A DNA stretch of 63,334 bases, filler included, from Choristocarpus tenellus KU-1152 (lineage: Eukaryota > Protista > Phaeophyceae): NCBI GenBank assembly GCA_964200185.2. It is 13 parts of 13 records of this genome, joined end to end, with 100 filler letters (N's around TTAATTAATTAA, not from the genome) between each part and the next. Parts side by side here need not be neighbours in the genome. Positions count along the whole stretch, not along the records: positions 30,779 to 42,840 come from CAXNAD020002004.1; positions 42,941 to 46,829 come from CAXNAD020017341.1; positions 46,930 to 54,114 come from CAXNAD020006570.1; 10 more parts are not named here. The stretch is one strand, 5' to 3'. Position 1 is the stretch's first letter. Each line of letters opens with the position of its first letter. Positions 36,841 through 50,700 of the stretch are shown here, piece after piece. The notes beneath the pieces were generated by a model that saw only the letters and a program-made list of their open reading frames with translations, did no database searches and was not told where the DNA came from. The position numbers and the translations under genes were made by a program.

Positions 36841-39800
36841 TTAGTTATCTTCTCGCTGTCGCAAAGTAGTAGAACCCAGCAGTTCTTGAATACTTTGTCG
36901 GAGTTCATCCCTACGTGACACGAGATCCTTCACTCCTGAAACCCACATCGAGTCCACTGCGTCAGTCTTTCCCACTCCAGGCAATACCCCTGACCCGGCA
37001 GGAACCCCCTCTCCTCCTAAAGCACGGTCACTTCTTTCAGCGTCAGAGCTATTCCCCACACTGCCCTTCTTAGTACAACTGCTGCCCCCACAGTTGAACC
37101 AACTGGAGAGCCACGCCTCAACCCGGGATAGCAACTCCATCCTGTGGGACTGTCCTCTGTGGACGTGGGTAAGCGAAGGGTCCAAGGAGCAGATCCAGAT
37201 GAGGTCCTGATCGAGACAGAAAGTGTCAGTCACGATAGTGGAGGGAAGAGGAGGGGAGGAGGTGTCGGTGAGTGCTTCTCATGCCACCAAGGTATCAATT
37301 GCTGCAGCGTTATTGATACTACTAATGCAGAGAGCGATATCTTGAACTGTCATTTATATTGTCCATCCGACGTATGCAACCAAATCCCCCCAAAAAAAGA
37401 AAAAAAAAAAAATTGACCCCAAATGGACAGGCGTCGCCCCCCCAAGATACTTTTAGCCAAAGGATAGCAAGAGAGACTTGGTCGAGTCAAAAGTAAAAGT
37501 TTCTGCGAAAGACTGAAATAAAAAACAGCCCGAACACATGCGAGAATCCACATGGCCGAGGAGCGTGGATGGAGTTAGAAAGAGTCAATGGAGGTCATGC
37601 GGAGGACGACGTCCCCTGTACAAGTTGCTTATGTTGGAAGGATGCATCTTTCTCTGTATCTATTCTCTCATGACCCTATTCAAGTAGCGTTCACAGTTCA
37701 TACTCTCGGGAAAAATTCAAACTGGGGGCGAGGAAGGGGAAGGTAGCAGCTGTGCACTGCACTTGGTTGTGCCATCTTGAACACTAACCGCCCTTCCTCA
37801 ACTCACCTCAATTGCCGCCAGGCCGCTCAAAATACGATCAAAGCCATAGTCTGGATTTATCCTTGTAGGGCACTCCTCTACCCTAACGTTGTTGTTACTA
37901 CTTTCACCTCCATCCACCTTGTCTACATCTCCTCCATCAATTGACACAATCGCCTCTCGAGGATTAAGCAGGTCGTCCAGAGACTGATTGCCACCTCTCA
38001 TTGCTGTTGGGGAGACCAACAACCACGCAGCAGCAATTGCCGATTCAAAACACCTAGCACAGTGACCCTATCAAACATAGTCAAAAGGGATGAGTGAAGG
38101 GTAGGATGGATTCATTTCAGCATGTTAATTCCAGTTCAAGTAACTGCACCAATATTATCTCAAGGTCTCTCAAGTTGGAAGCCCTTAAATTGCTTGTTCC
38201 CTTTGCAATACCAGAAATTAGAATATAGACACAATTGGAGATGAAGTGGTTGTTGTCACCAAAAAACCTCTAGACAGGAAACTCTTACACTGCAACTGAG
38301 CTCCACGAAATACCTCCTGCTATAAATGAAATTTGTATCAGGAAGGGGAAACGATTCTGGATGCTTCTCTAGGCATCAAGAACCATTCATCAATGTGACA
38401 GAAAGGGACGTCCACCTCCCTGACTATTATATTCAAATGGCACCACTATTTTTAGGCAGAGGTGAAAAGCTGAAGATAATGATCGTAACAGATAATAAAA
38501 TATTTGGCTGCTGCAGCATGATCTATTTATAGTTAGATGTGTGAACGAGAGGGGGAGTGGGGCCCCACAATCAAATTGGGCATAAACAACCTTTGTCAAT
38601 TTACGGAGACGTGTAACAGTCAACAGTGCATAGCATTGTAGATCTAGGGTTAGGTTAATTGATTCTCTTGCTGCTGGACAATCTTGCTGGAAATGAATCT
38701 TGTCATCCCAGCATTTTCTATGTTCCCCTGGTGAATAAAACTTCCATCTAAACCCGCGGTTCCTGCTGGTAGTGTCCTCCTCCCAGTAAAATCCAGCTAT
38801 AATAGCTAGCTGTAAATCTCAATTTCTGTCTACGAATCCCCTTTGAGACAAAATTCTATTGCCCATTTTGTTACTTCGATCATCGTTTTGGGTCTTGGCA
38901 ACCGTTTCACAGGTGGAAAATCCGTTATATACCTACTAGGAACTTAGCAACCATTTCACCGATAAACCAGTCAAACCTCTAGTGAAACTGCTTGTATCTT
39001 ACTATACAATTAATAACACGATTTTGCTGATGAAACGTTGAGAAAAAGGTTAGGTTGAAGGCAACTGTTTTCACAACGGAACCGGGCATACTTCTAGTGG
39101 GACGGCGCGAATCCTGGTACACTTGCAATGACTAGAAAACGCAAGTGGACAGTATATTCCGATACCCAAAGGTACCATCTCCCATTTAGTAGTTCTTGAT
39201 CATATCTTTGAGTTCATCGAAGCACAATTGTCACAAATGTTTCTCCAATGAACTTCAATGATTCAAAACATTGCAAATGTTGTAGCTCAACTTATTATCG
39301 GAATGCATGTATCTTGGCTACTATTTCGATGGTAAGGTCACACAAGAGTTTTGAATCCTGCGAATGAAAAACGTCGAAACACAAAATGATATTGTGGAAA
39401 CTATCTCACTCTTGAGTCAGCCTGTCGTTAGGATCTACTTACTACATCCTGTCAAAAATACTCTTCAATCACCACAGCCTTGAGCAATTGCCAGTTAAAG
39501 GGTGCACAGAGGATACTATGCGAAATCCTAAGCTTTATTGCTGCGAATTATCGTGATAAAGGAAATGTGATTTGATTCAATCGTGATGAATCAAATCAAA
39601 ATCAAAATCTAAGGGTCCGATAATCCAGATACTCTGAAGTACATTTAGACTAACATTTAGAGTGTGTAGACGAACACAAACCCTCTAAAAACTTCTGTGA
39701 GACCTTGATCTTTGAACGATGCCCTGATACCCTGAGGAGAGTAGGGGTGAGTATGACTCCAATCCATCAGCTGGGTATGGCCTCCCATATGCAGAGGATG

Positions 39801-41780
39801 GTAGATAGGAAGACGGGCAGTGGGATGAAGTTGACCGAGAGCCTGGCATGACCCAGGTTGAGCTTACAGCTGAGCAGCAGAAAACAAAGCATGTGTGAAT
39901 GAGTAGGAAAAAAATAGGCTCCAGAGGGATGACACCTGGCGCTTCTGTCAACTTGTATATGAGAGAGAGAATGCCCGATCTGCTGCTGTGCTCAATCTAT
40001 CTGCTGAGTGGAAAATGGTTTTCTTTTGAGATAAAAACGATTAAAAGTCAGCAACAATATATCTAAGAAATCGTCACCTCCAGATCTCAACATCTGACCA
40101 CAGGGAAATTTCTCTTGACTTGGAGGAGGTCGCGGAGAAGGACGAGGGGGTGGTCCAGGATGTCAGCTGCGTTTTATTTTCAACATCAAGGTGCAGAGTG
40201 GGCCACTCTTCTCTACCACATTATCGTGATGACCTTATCGTACACAAAAAAGTCTCCCACACATCTCAACAACGTAGTGTGCCCACTAGTGACTGGGAAA
40301 AGAGGACTCAAATACAAGTACCTCGAAACGTTTTGTCCTTTGTACGACCCATCAGCGGCCAAACGGGGAGCAATCACCTTATGCTCTTTATGCACGTCCC
40401 CATCACAACATCGTACGCCAAAAGTGAATATGCTGATTTGATACGTACTCATAACTTCTTCTAAGTCACAAAACGTTGCTAACCATCTCTACACAACGGG
40501 GGGGTACTAAGTTCTCGAGCAGAGGAGTGAAAGTATCTTATAGGGTACGAATTGAATGACTTAAGAGAACAACCACAAAACAGTTGGGTGCTTATGCAAT
40601 TCAATTCAGTCCACATCAGTGCCACAATTTCTCAAATGGAAACCTTGGTGGAGACGAGGGAGGAGGTAGGTGTGTGCGGCAAGAGGGGTGGTGGCAATTG
40701 TGCCGTACCTGTCCTGTGGAGCTCACTTTTCGTAGTGCCTGGACTGCCGAGCCCCCTGATGCTTGAAGATCAGATGCCACCAACTGTAGCTCTCTCTCTA
40801 CAGCCTTTCTGGATTGTACCTTGAGGAAAAACAAACCCACAAGTTTTATTGGACACAGTCGGCATAGAACGTCAAGTGATGACTAAAAGAAAAAGTGCAA
40901 TATGTGAAGACAAGAATTTAACATAATCTCTACTTGACATAGAGTTGTGAACTGTGATAATCTGTAACCTCTGATTACAATATGTTGAGCTCTTGCCCGT
41001 TAATTGTGAGTATTGCCCAGGAATATTGCACATCTAAGTGTGAACACGTTACCAGCAGCCGTGGTGCAGCCACTAGAGGATATAGGCCCCCTAGTCTGCG
41101 AGGCACCCCACCAAAGGGTAAAACACTTGAGGCTAATATCATACATGCGTAAACAGGAACTTTTGAAGGCTTGTGCGTGAAGATGATGATGCACAAAATG
41201 ACCAAACAACGGGTCAAAATATGTTGGGTTATCAGAGCAGCAAATAGCACTAAAAATCGAATACGACCAATTATAACTCTTCTTTAAAAAAAAATCAGGC
41301 ATTTCCACCTAAGATACCGAACTATTGCCCCCTATTTCGAAAAAAAATAAAATAAAAAAATTGAAATCGAAATAGCGCTGAGGAAGTTGTAACCAGCAGC
41401 ACGCAAAAAGCACCTCACCACACAGTCAAGAACGAGTGCTACAAATCGAGTTGACAGAAGGGTTTGCCAAAAAACGAATGTTATAGAGAAAATTGGCATG
41501 AGTGTTTGGAGGACAACGGATGTCATTGGTGACTTGACAACGGACAAATATTTTGTCACTCTTGGATTATTTTCTTCATTCTTACCCCAAATTTCATACA
41601 GCTCTTCCTTCTTCTCTTTGGCATTTTTCAAAAAATATCGACCTAATCTGTGAAATAACAGTAACAAAAGTTGTGGAATGTTAAAGCAACAACGATGATC
41701 CCCAGGACTCTTCAAAAGGTTTGGCTGTGTACGTTATACTGTCCACTGCTCAGAGCAAAGCAAGCTCCTCTTATCCACCA
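36841..41780 (-). CDS. Unknown multi-exon protein, possibly membrane-bound (candidate exons about 41648-41418, 40818-40709, 38050-37807, 37160-36841)
   Basis: Open GT-AG-bounded segments, e.g. 'RLGRYFLKNAKEKKEELYEIW..IFSITFVFWQTLL', 'VQSRKAVERELQ', 'NPDYGFDRILSGLAAIE' and terminal 'RRDELRQSIQELL'. No family recognised. Confidence 0.35.
37351..37458. mobile_element. MITE family A, truncated
   Basis: GTCCATCCGACGTATGCAACCAAAT...CCCCAAATGGACAG...AAGATACTTTTAGCC. Confidence 0.85.
40525..40550. mobile_element. Solo family C terminus
   Basis: GAGTGAAAGTATCTTATAGGGTACGA with no recognisable body. Confidence 0.65.
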
Positions 41781-42174
41781 GAGCATTCCCTACATTGTCA
41801 TCAATCGGATGCCAATTAGTTGTTTTTGCTTTTGGCCACGGAGCGTTCGTATCTCTTCAGTCAACAGTCAACCTTCAGTTCCTATTCTACTCAACACAAA
41901 AAGCAATTATATCCTCGAAATGTTTTACAACAAAGATTATTGAAACAATTTTACTCTGGTCATTTTCGAGTAATAATTATAATACTTCCTCTTTTCGGAA
42001 TTAAATGTAACACAACTTTTGCAGCCCCGATGAAGAAGCAAGATGATTGTTCACACGATAATATTTTATGGATACATTTTGCCGACACTAAAAGGTTGAC
42101 CAGCAAAATCTCAAGCAAAGTGGGGCAGGCCCACACCTATCTATGATTCTGCCCCCGAAGTCCTCCAAAACTCC

Positions 42175-42550
42175 ATTCAATGTTGAGGTGAGGTGAGTTG
42201 GCTGGCTGGGTCTCTATGACAATGTCGTCCTCCACTGCCTCCTTGTTTGCCTCCATGATCCCCATCTTGACGTGCGGCTTTGCCCCAGCCTGCTACACAA
42301 ATATGGTGTGTCCTTCTGGCCTAGGCATGCGACCTTGATTGCTGGGATGACATCCTCAATCATGAGCTTCTTATATATATCTCTGTCAACCGTGGCTGGC
42401 ACCTGGTACCCTTGGTGCGGTGTTTGCTGGTGTGCTCAGCGACCTCAGTGTCCATGATTGGCCAAATCTCAATTTCCCATCAAACCACACCCCACTGGAG
42501 AGCTTCCTAGGACGGGCCACACCTGCAAGGGACATCACCTTCATAATGTA
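42175..42550 (-). mobile_element. Mariner (plant-type DD39D-like) transposase fragment
   Basis: 'KVMSLAGVARPR..WFDGK.IWP..HRTKGT..VDRDIYKKLMIEDVIPAIK..TIFV*QAGAKPH..QPANSPHLN'. Confidence 0.85.
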
Positions 42551-42556
42551 TCAATT

Positions 42557-42814
42557 GAGTGAAAGTATCTTAGAGGGTACAATTTTTTCCCTATTTGTCC
42601 ATTTGGAGCTTGGATCCCATGGGGTTTTTTATGGCATTTTCCTACTCCAAAATGTTTAGGAGTAGGTAACATATGTTCGTTATGAAAAAGTGTGTACGTG
42701 ACATGTATATTGACATTTTCTAACAAACACGATGGCCAAAATTACATCAGAATCGCAACATTGGATTTTGACCCCCAAATGGACGCAACTCTACCCTCTA
42801 AGATACTTTGGCTC
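42557..42814. mobile_element. MITE family C, complete, TSD AATT; a further MITE end starts at 42826
   Basis: GAGTGAAAGTATCTTAGAGGGTA...TACCCTCTAAGATACTTTGGCTC flanked by AATT; GACCCAAAGTATCTG at 42826-42840. Confidence 0.93.
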
Positions 42815-42985
42815 AATTATTCTGTGACCCAAAGTATCTGNNNNNNNNNNNNNNNNNNNNNNNNNNNNNNNNNNNNNNNNNNNNTTAATTAATTAANNNN
42901 NNNNNNNNNNNNNNNNNNNNNNNNNNNNNNNNNNNNNNNNGTCTTTCTCCCTCTTATGCTCAAACAAGAAAAAAAGAAACAAGGG

Positions 42986-43018
<33 letters not shown>

Positions 43019-43091
43019 CGAAGGAATGATCAAGAATTGTACAAAGGCAAACGTAGAAAGAGAGATGAGTTGGGAGTGATTTTCTCCTCAC

Positions 43092-43455
43092 CTGCTACGA
43101 GATGTTTCACACACAAACTCTTCGTCCTGTCCTGTGTATATTTCACTCCCGTTTGAATCTAGTTCTGGCACCCAGTACAAGTACGGATATGCTTCACAGC
43201 CCTAAGGACACACGCATCAAGTTGTGTGGCAGAAACCAGAAGGTAGAAGAGTTGGATGTGCTGCAGAAAAATGTACAGTATAGTACGGATATGTTTCACA
43301 GCCCTAAGGACACACGCATCAAGTTGTGTGGCAGAAACCAGAAGGTAGAAGAGTTGGATGCGCTGCAGAAAAATGTACAGTATATGGATGCACCATTCAC
43401 AGCCTCGTTGCTGCTCTGCATCTTAGTAGGATGAATAATTGTGACTCCTGCTACT

Positions 43456-43486
<31 letters not shown>

Positions 43487-46400
43487 CGGTGATCCTGGAC
43501 CAAGAAACTTGCACTCACACCAAGATCCTTTCCTCCATAAAATAGACCAATCTGCCAGATCGTTTCGAGGCATGTATATTGTACTATTGCTATCATTTGT
43601 GGAAAGGTTTGGGGCATGCAGAGATCTAAATCAGGGTTACGAAAAACCCTTCAAAAGGTTGGGCGCACTGACACTCCCTGCTCAAGCAATCAGGTTTTTA
43701 CATGACATGGGAAAATGACCAGTATATTGCAACACTTCTGGGGTGGGCGGTGTACACCTGGTTAAAGGTCTGACTCTGCTGTTTTGAAATCTAGTGTCGG
43801 TTCTTGGAAACTAGGCCACAAGGTTTTTAAGAGATAAGAAACAGTAGGCTACACGAAGATGAAACATTTAGTGGCACTGGAGAAAGTAGCTTGATGTTAC
43901 ATGCTGATCGAATGGGAACTGAAATATGGGGATATTTGAACACAGGAATTGGTGATGTGGAAAGGCATGTGGAAGTACACAGGGAATATCTCACCTGTAT
44001 GTTGAGGTACATGATTTCTGTCCAATCCTCCAGCGTAGTACACCTAAAGAGAGTGAGCATCGCCCTACAGTAGTCATGGGAAATAATGGAGCATGAAAAC
44101 GGGTTTATTGCTAACCAATCCGTGAGTAAGGAAGAAAAAGATGAATTGAAGGATGAATTCACGCTGTTCATTACATAGACCATAAGTTGATTACAGTCAC
44201 ACCTATAAGAGTGTCGCTTACCACACACTTAGTACACAAACAAGGATGATTACCACCACTCTTTGCCCTTTACGTGTCCTATCTAATTATTTCGACTAAA
44301 CACCCTGATACCAACACCAAAATTGGAAACCTTTTATCTTACTTAGCATGTTGGTGGATGTATGGAGGGGAAAATACTACTTCCTGTTCCAAGGATCCTG
44401 GCATGATCCATAATGCCGCGGATTGACTCTCTCCATTGCCTCATCTACTGGGTTTAAGATGCACCACTCCTTCCATCTTTCCGAACTTGTTTCCATATCA
44501 ATCAAAGGACTATATTCAGGGATGTGTCAACAATGTTTCGTCTAGCAGTGATTACAATCTGTCAAGTTGAGATATTAACCATGACATGTGGTTTGAGGTC
44601 TTGGTTTAAAGATATCTCTTGAGGTAGTAGATCTCTGCTAAGCCCCTGGACACCCTTCACCCACCGCTGGAGGTCGCCGAAGTGCCAAGGATCGTTGTCT
44701 TTATAGAGATATATCCCAGCCACACCATAGAGGTAGAATACTAGCAGCAGCAGGAGGAGGATATAGCCGATAGAGCTGAGGCCCCCAATCAGACCCATCA
44801 CGATCATTTGGAGCTGAGGAACCTTGCGCACTATCTAGAAATAGATATCAAAATGACAGGTGAAGTTCATACATTGAAGGATGTTAGGAAAGGTTTTATC
44901 CTTGCCAAATCTGTTGTGGAGGAAACATGTATTTGACAGGATGTAGAGGACACTAGAAATAGAAGCTATGGAGGTATATCAGATGTAATCTGAAATACTC
45001 CAAGTAGCTGTACATCAAGCCTACAACAGTTGAATGAGTTGGGTATCCCAGATACAGAAGAAATAAGTGTGGGGCATATATCTCCAACAAAACAGTGATC
45101 CTACGGCATCTTAGTCAAGCACAACCCAATAGCAGGATCTTGCCTTCTTATAGTAAACAAATGATGCATTCAAATCAAAACATTGTAACCTGGTTTAAAA
45201 CATACGCCAACCCCAAAGGAATTTTGGAAGGAGGTTGCTAAGGACAACTCATCTCGAGTGGTAGAAATCTTGCCCATGCCCTGACCATGCATGGGCTCCT
45301 CCCCCTACTGCCAAGTTAGAGCCATGCCAAGACTGAGGAGAAGGGTACATTCTACAAGTGGTAACATGCATATCTCTGCAATGGCCTATATTTTGCATTG
45401 AGGAAATGCGACGCAGCTGTCCTGCAACAAAATCTCCTACCTCTTTACTATATCAATATTTTGACTCTGTGTCGAAAAAATGATCCAGTATCTCTTCAAG
45501 CTATCCTATCTATTGAGGACTGCCTTCTGGTACATTTCCTACAGCACTTATGTGGACAGATGCTTGTCTTCTCTTTTACAGCCACAGTATCCAATGGGGT
45601 GTTTTCTCCTTTTCAGGAATGAGAATGGGGTGTTACACACGAGATTCTAAAGGATTCAACTGCTCAAAAGGGCCTCTATAGATACCCCCTTAAGATTAAT
45701 GCTGCATTGCTTAGCTAACTACAGATTAACCTCACCTTCATTACACGCATCAGACGTACCAATCGAAGGAGAGCGACACTCCCACCCCCACTAAGGCCAG
45801 GCCAGGGAAAACAGAGCATTACAATGCAGAAGTCAAAGTTGTTCCATTGGTACTCCGGCCCAAAGAAATAGAGCCATGGGTACAAGCCCTCAGCCATGAT
45901 CTTTCGTGGGGTAGGGAACTGTTACTGTTTCGTTTCAAGTGGAGGATTTATTGTGAAACAGGGGATCAGATTCCCCAAAGGAGGGAAATAACTGGTAAAA
46001 TAATCAAGATTCAACATTAAACTGTGCATGTGCTCCTACAGCCAGTGTTGGATTAGTTCTGATGTTGAAATGCCACAAATGTACCGTGAAGTCAAAACCA
46101 GGTTCAAGGATTGGATGAGGGATCACCTCCTAGAATGTAAACCTCTGTAAGCAGAGATGTTGAGGAATAGATAAGCGTTGAAATCATACATAACCCACAA
46201 TACAATCAAACTATTGCTGTTCTCAAGAGTGGAATATTATCAAGACTTCCCTTCCCTTACAGATATCTTCCTCAAGAAATCAGCTTGCTTGCCAGGTCTT
46301 TTTTTGAGACACAGACCTTGAGTAACGCTTCACAACTGAAGATTGCAAGGATGGTGTTGTCAAGGACCATCACCCAAATGTTGTCTTCCATTTCCTCATA

Positions 46401-46487
46401 TGTTTGTACCCCAACCAGTATCCCGGCAAGAACAATGCACCCGATGATAAAAAGGTTGAAACCTTCACTTCGCACCACAAAATATGC
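43092..46487 (-). CDS. Voltage-gated cation channel, 6-TM unit, BacNav/EukCat/CatSper-like (exons 46487-46317, 45900-45736, 44834-44665, 44064-43995, 43201-43092; partial)
   Basis: S1 '[21 protein letters not shown]', S2 '[10 protein letters not shown]', S3 'WNNFDFCIV', S4 '[15 protein letters not shown]', S5, turret 'NDPWHFGDL' and filter '[11 protein letters not shown]'; in-phase GT-AG junctions. Confidence 0.92.
43180..43383. repeat. 102-bp tandem duplication spanning an intron 3' end and exon start
   Basis: 43180-43281 and 43282-43383 differ at 2 positions. Confidence 0.95.
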
Positions 46488-46801
46488 CTTTGAAATTCAA
46501 AATCGCAGTTGGAGGGAGAGATGTGATCTTGAGTTGTATCGACATGTTATATTGGATGGCAGCATCTGCGATCGGCAAAGGAAAGGTTAATGCCCATTGA
46601 ACTTTAGGAAGAAAGAGAGGAAGCAGTAAACCTAAAATTGGCGGAAGTTATGGTCAAGGTGGACAAATGACAGGGTAGTTCTGATAGTTTACTGGAGGAA
46701 GACAGGGTACGCTCAATTTTCCATATTTCTCTATGAACAATACAAGGGCATTGCTAGCTTCCTGCATTGGTACACGAAGCTGGAAGGAGTATTAGTGTTG
46801 T

Positions 46802-46829
46802 GGCTCAAGGTATCTGGGGGGAGGGAGGG
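46802..46829. mobile_element. MITE terminus at contig end
   Basis: GGCTCAAGGTATCT followed by a G-tract. Confidence 0.75.
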
Positions 46830-47728
46830 NNNNNNNNNNNNNNNNNNNNNNNNNNNNNNNNNNNNNNNNNNNNTTAATTAATTAANNNNNNNNNNNNNNN
46901 NNNNNNNNNNNNNNNNNNNNNNNNNNNNNCAACCATCCTCGTAGTCCCGCTCCATCCCCAATTTTGAAAATCCTCTGTTACTTGGGTTGTGCATGTATGC
47001 ATTCCAAACACTCATTGATTGGGAGGAAGACAGTTTAATCATTTTTGCTCAGCCAGAAAAAGAAGGGGGGTCTCAGGCTAGGCACAATTAACAAGCAGTC
47101 GTGAGGTGGAGGATGTTGCAGTTTAATTGGAAATGACAGGGTGCACTTGCAGGTCTCTCTGTCCAAGGCAACAACTAGTCATCCGCACTAAACGTTTTCA
47201 AGTTTCTACAGTAACAACACTTCGTGAAGATAGACAGTCAGGATTGCATCCACAACATGCAACACAAAACTTCAATTGCATGCCTTCTCTACTGAGACCA
47301 ACAGCTGATAAAAACAACATAACTTAGAGGAAGCAGAAAGTGCTGTGTTTGAATGATGAGGGAGGAACACTTTGTGGGGAAGGGGGGTGGAAATAGTTGA
47401 ATGGAGTCCACCCTTGATGAATCTCTAGGCAGTTATATGTGGCATAGTGACCGTACATCTAATCTCTTCAGTTGAGTATTTTGTTGTGGGTGAAGGTAAA
47501 GCAGTACACAAGAAACTGGTTAAGCAGTGTATTACAATGTGAAACGTTTCAAAGAAACAACTGTGCACAAACTGTACTCTAGGTAAGTCAGAGAGTGCAT
47601 GCCATGTGCCCATGGTTCTAAAGTAAAACCTTCCTAAAAAAATAATTCAAGAAGAAAAATGTATGACCCTTGTGCCATGGGTCTGCTCAGCCAGGTCTTG
47701 CAACCAAACGTTTGAGATCAACCACTCA

Positions 47729-50700
47729 TCAAGCTTCGACTGTACACAACAACAAATCTCCACGCGCAGGCACTTCCTCCCTCCACTCTCTTCCTGTGGC
47801 ATAATAATCTTTGTGCAACAGAGACCACCTACACGCTTGTAGAGGAACCAAAACTCTTCTATAATCCTGTAGAGCACTAAAATCGATCCTATAGAAACCG
47901 TCAAATGAACCCCTTTCTCTCTCTCTCTCTGTCACGGAGAGGTCTCCAATATATACTGCTGACTCTATCACGATGTTATTTGGTATAAACTGAAGGCTAC
48001 TGTGGTACACACATACTTCAACAGCGGTAAGAGCTATGAGGGACAAAGAAAGGGTGTTCAGCTGTGTGCTACTGCTAGCATCTAAAATGTACTACAACCA
48101 CAAGGGGAGGAGGAGCCCGGCTCCGAAGAACCTGAAGTCAAAAAATAAATAAATATATTTGTTCAACAACAACAAAAACCTCTTGATACGAAACTGGATA
48201 ACGTTACCCTCACCAAATACCAAACTTACATCTATGATGAAAGCCTTTAGCTTTGTGTCTTCAGGCAACAACTCTATCATTCACAGTCAACGAGAATATC
48301 CATCAACACACAAAAAAAGAAGGGGACGGATTCGGGCACAGGACAGGATGGGACAGCCACTTGGCGTGCAGGACCTAGGGAGTTTTACGACCCTGTGAAG
48401 GCGAGGGCTCTAAAGCTGTATGAGTAGAGGTACAAGTGGACCAGGGCAAGCGCGAGCGATCCAACAGCAATCAAGTCACAAATCAACATGCCACAAATAC
48501 ATTTCACCCACTGTTGCTAGCGCTGTGAAACCCATGGTTGCCACAGCAGCGCCGGAGTTTGAGATACGGGTGGAGGTGTGTCCTCCTTGCCATCATACAA
48601 CCTTTGTGCCAATAATGCCATGCACTCCAGCTCTAGGGCAACAAGGGGAGCACCGTAGCAGGTCTCCTCAAACAACATCATCGTCACCTTTCTGCCCCCG
48701 GCTTGCCTCCCATGGCCTCCTGGTGGCGCCAGTGTTGCCCTGCACAAGGTTATCAACCTCCTCGAGAATGTCCTGACAGTCCACCCAGCCCAACAGGTGG
48801 GTTCGTCCACCTGCCCAAGTGACCTGAAGCTCTGTCAAAGACGCAACTTGAACAGCAGCACCGCCCCTGAAGCCCCATCGCTTGCATCCGCTGACTCTCG
48901 CCTCTTTGCGATGACCTAGGTATGCGTAGGGGGTGCTTCTTCCCGGCCCGCCCAATCTCTCCAACGCTCGCCTCCTCACCATGGCAGGCCCCAGCGCCTC
49001 TCCAATATCTCCCATTGTATAAATCCTAAATGTTGGCGGCACAAATCCCTCTCCCATCCCATCCTTTAGCAGGTCAACCGAGGGGTCGGAAGGCAAGGGC
49101 AACATGCACGTGTGAAGAGATGGATATATATATATACATATATATACAGTGCAAATGTAGTACTACTGAAGAGACGAAAGAATTAGATTGTTTTATTTTG
49201 TTTTTTTTCCCAGTCCAAATCTCTTTTTCACCCACCCACCCACCCACCCCCACCCCCACACACACAAAAAGAGAGGTTGAGGTTACAGATTCGGTCTCGA
49301 TTTGAGGTTAAGCAGCTCTAAAGCCAAGGGCTCACGACACCAGACTTCCTCAGGATCCACGGTGCAGTTTTAGTTGCAGTTGGTATAGCGATCGTATTCC
49401 TATTCAACTATTACAGTTACAGGTTAGGGGAAAAAGTGCTCTGGGGTGCTCTTGGGTGAGCAGAAAATAAAAACCAAAAGTGGAAGCACTTTTCAAGTAC
49501 TGAGCTAAGGAGTTGATGTTCTTATCGGGGAATGAAATGGAGCACTTGCGGTCTACAAGCCTGCTCGAGTCTTACACGCCATCCAAGTACCGTAAAACCC
49601 ACAGGTTGGCCCACAGGGATCCAAAGTGTCAGCAGCCACAGGCATGGTTCTCCATGGAACTTCACCTGCAACTGCTGAGGATAACTTGGGTCACGAGCCA
49701 ATTTGTTCATCTTATCTACTCTGTATATATGCACATATATGTTTCAGTCTACAGGCATGAGCCCTGCACATGTCTGGGTACTTCTTACGACGTGGCATGG
49801 GTCAGGGTTGATGGGGATAATTCCCACACTGCACGGTGTGGAATTGAATTGAATTGAATTGAATTGAATTGAATTGAATTGAATTGAATTGAATTGAATT
49901 GAATTGAATTGAATTGAATTGAATTGAATTGAATTGCTGAAAACATCTGGATGCCTTGATCATTTGCAATCAATTGCTGGCCAAAGGCCAGAAAATCGTG
50001 AACACCGAAGTGGGATAGGTACACGACCACATTCATTACTCCCTCAAGTCGGTTTCAAAACTTCAGATATTTTTTTCTTGTAAGAATGGTATTATTGCTC
50101 CAGAGCACAACACTGCCATCTCCAGAGCACACTGCATTTGAGCAATACGTATGACAGTCGAGCACACTCAGGATGTCCTTGACAGGTAACGGCAGAGGGA
50201 GGACACTACCATGTCAAAATAAGACACACAAGAAGTTAATGATGTCTGCAAAATACTAAGAACTCGGCACAGTGAAAAGGCGTCTACACAATATAGATAC
50301 ATAGGGTCACCGTGGACAACAACCCTCAAACTTGTGTTGCTTGCTCTTCACAGAAAGACGGTTAAGCTGAGGAGAAAATGCAGTGATTGAAATGTGGAAG
50401 AATATATGGAAGTAAAAAGTTGGAAACACTGCAGCAAAATCATCACAATAATAGAAAGATCTTCCTACTTTCTACCTCTGTAAACATAATATAAACCATC
50501 CTCCTGCTCTTACTCTACTGGCGGGAAAGTGCAAGAATTCTGCTCAAGTTTACTTGGCAGGTCTGCATAGCACATACGCCAATTTCAAAGACCGGTAGAG
50601 AGCAACAGCAAATAGTATGATACTAAAAGCAACAAAATCTAAACCAAGCAAAACAATTGACCCAGCAAGGATTTTTCCACGTAGAGTAGTAAGCAGTAGG

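Noticed and set aside
49357-50315. TCCACGGTG...CACCGTGGA inverted 9-mers with GTGCTCTGG/CCAGAGCAC echoes
   Set aside because: Too short, no TSD, single instance.
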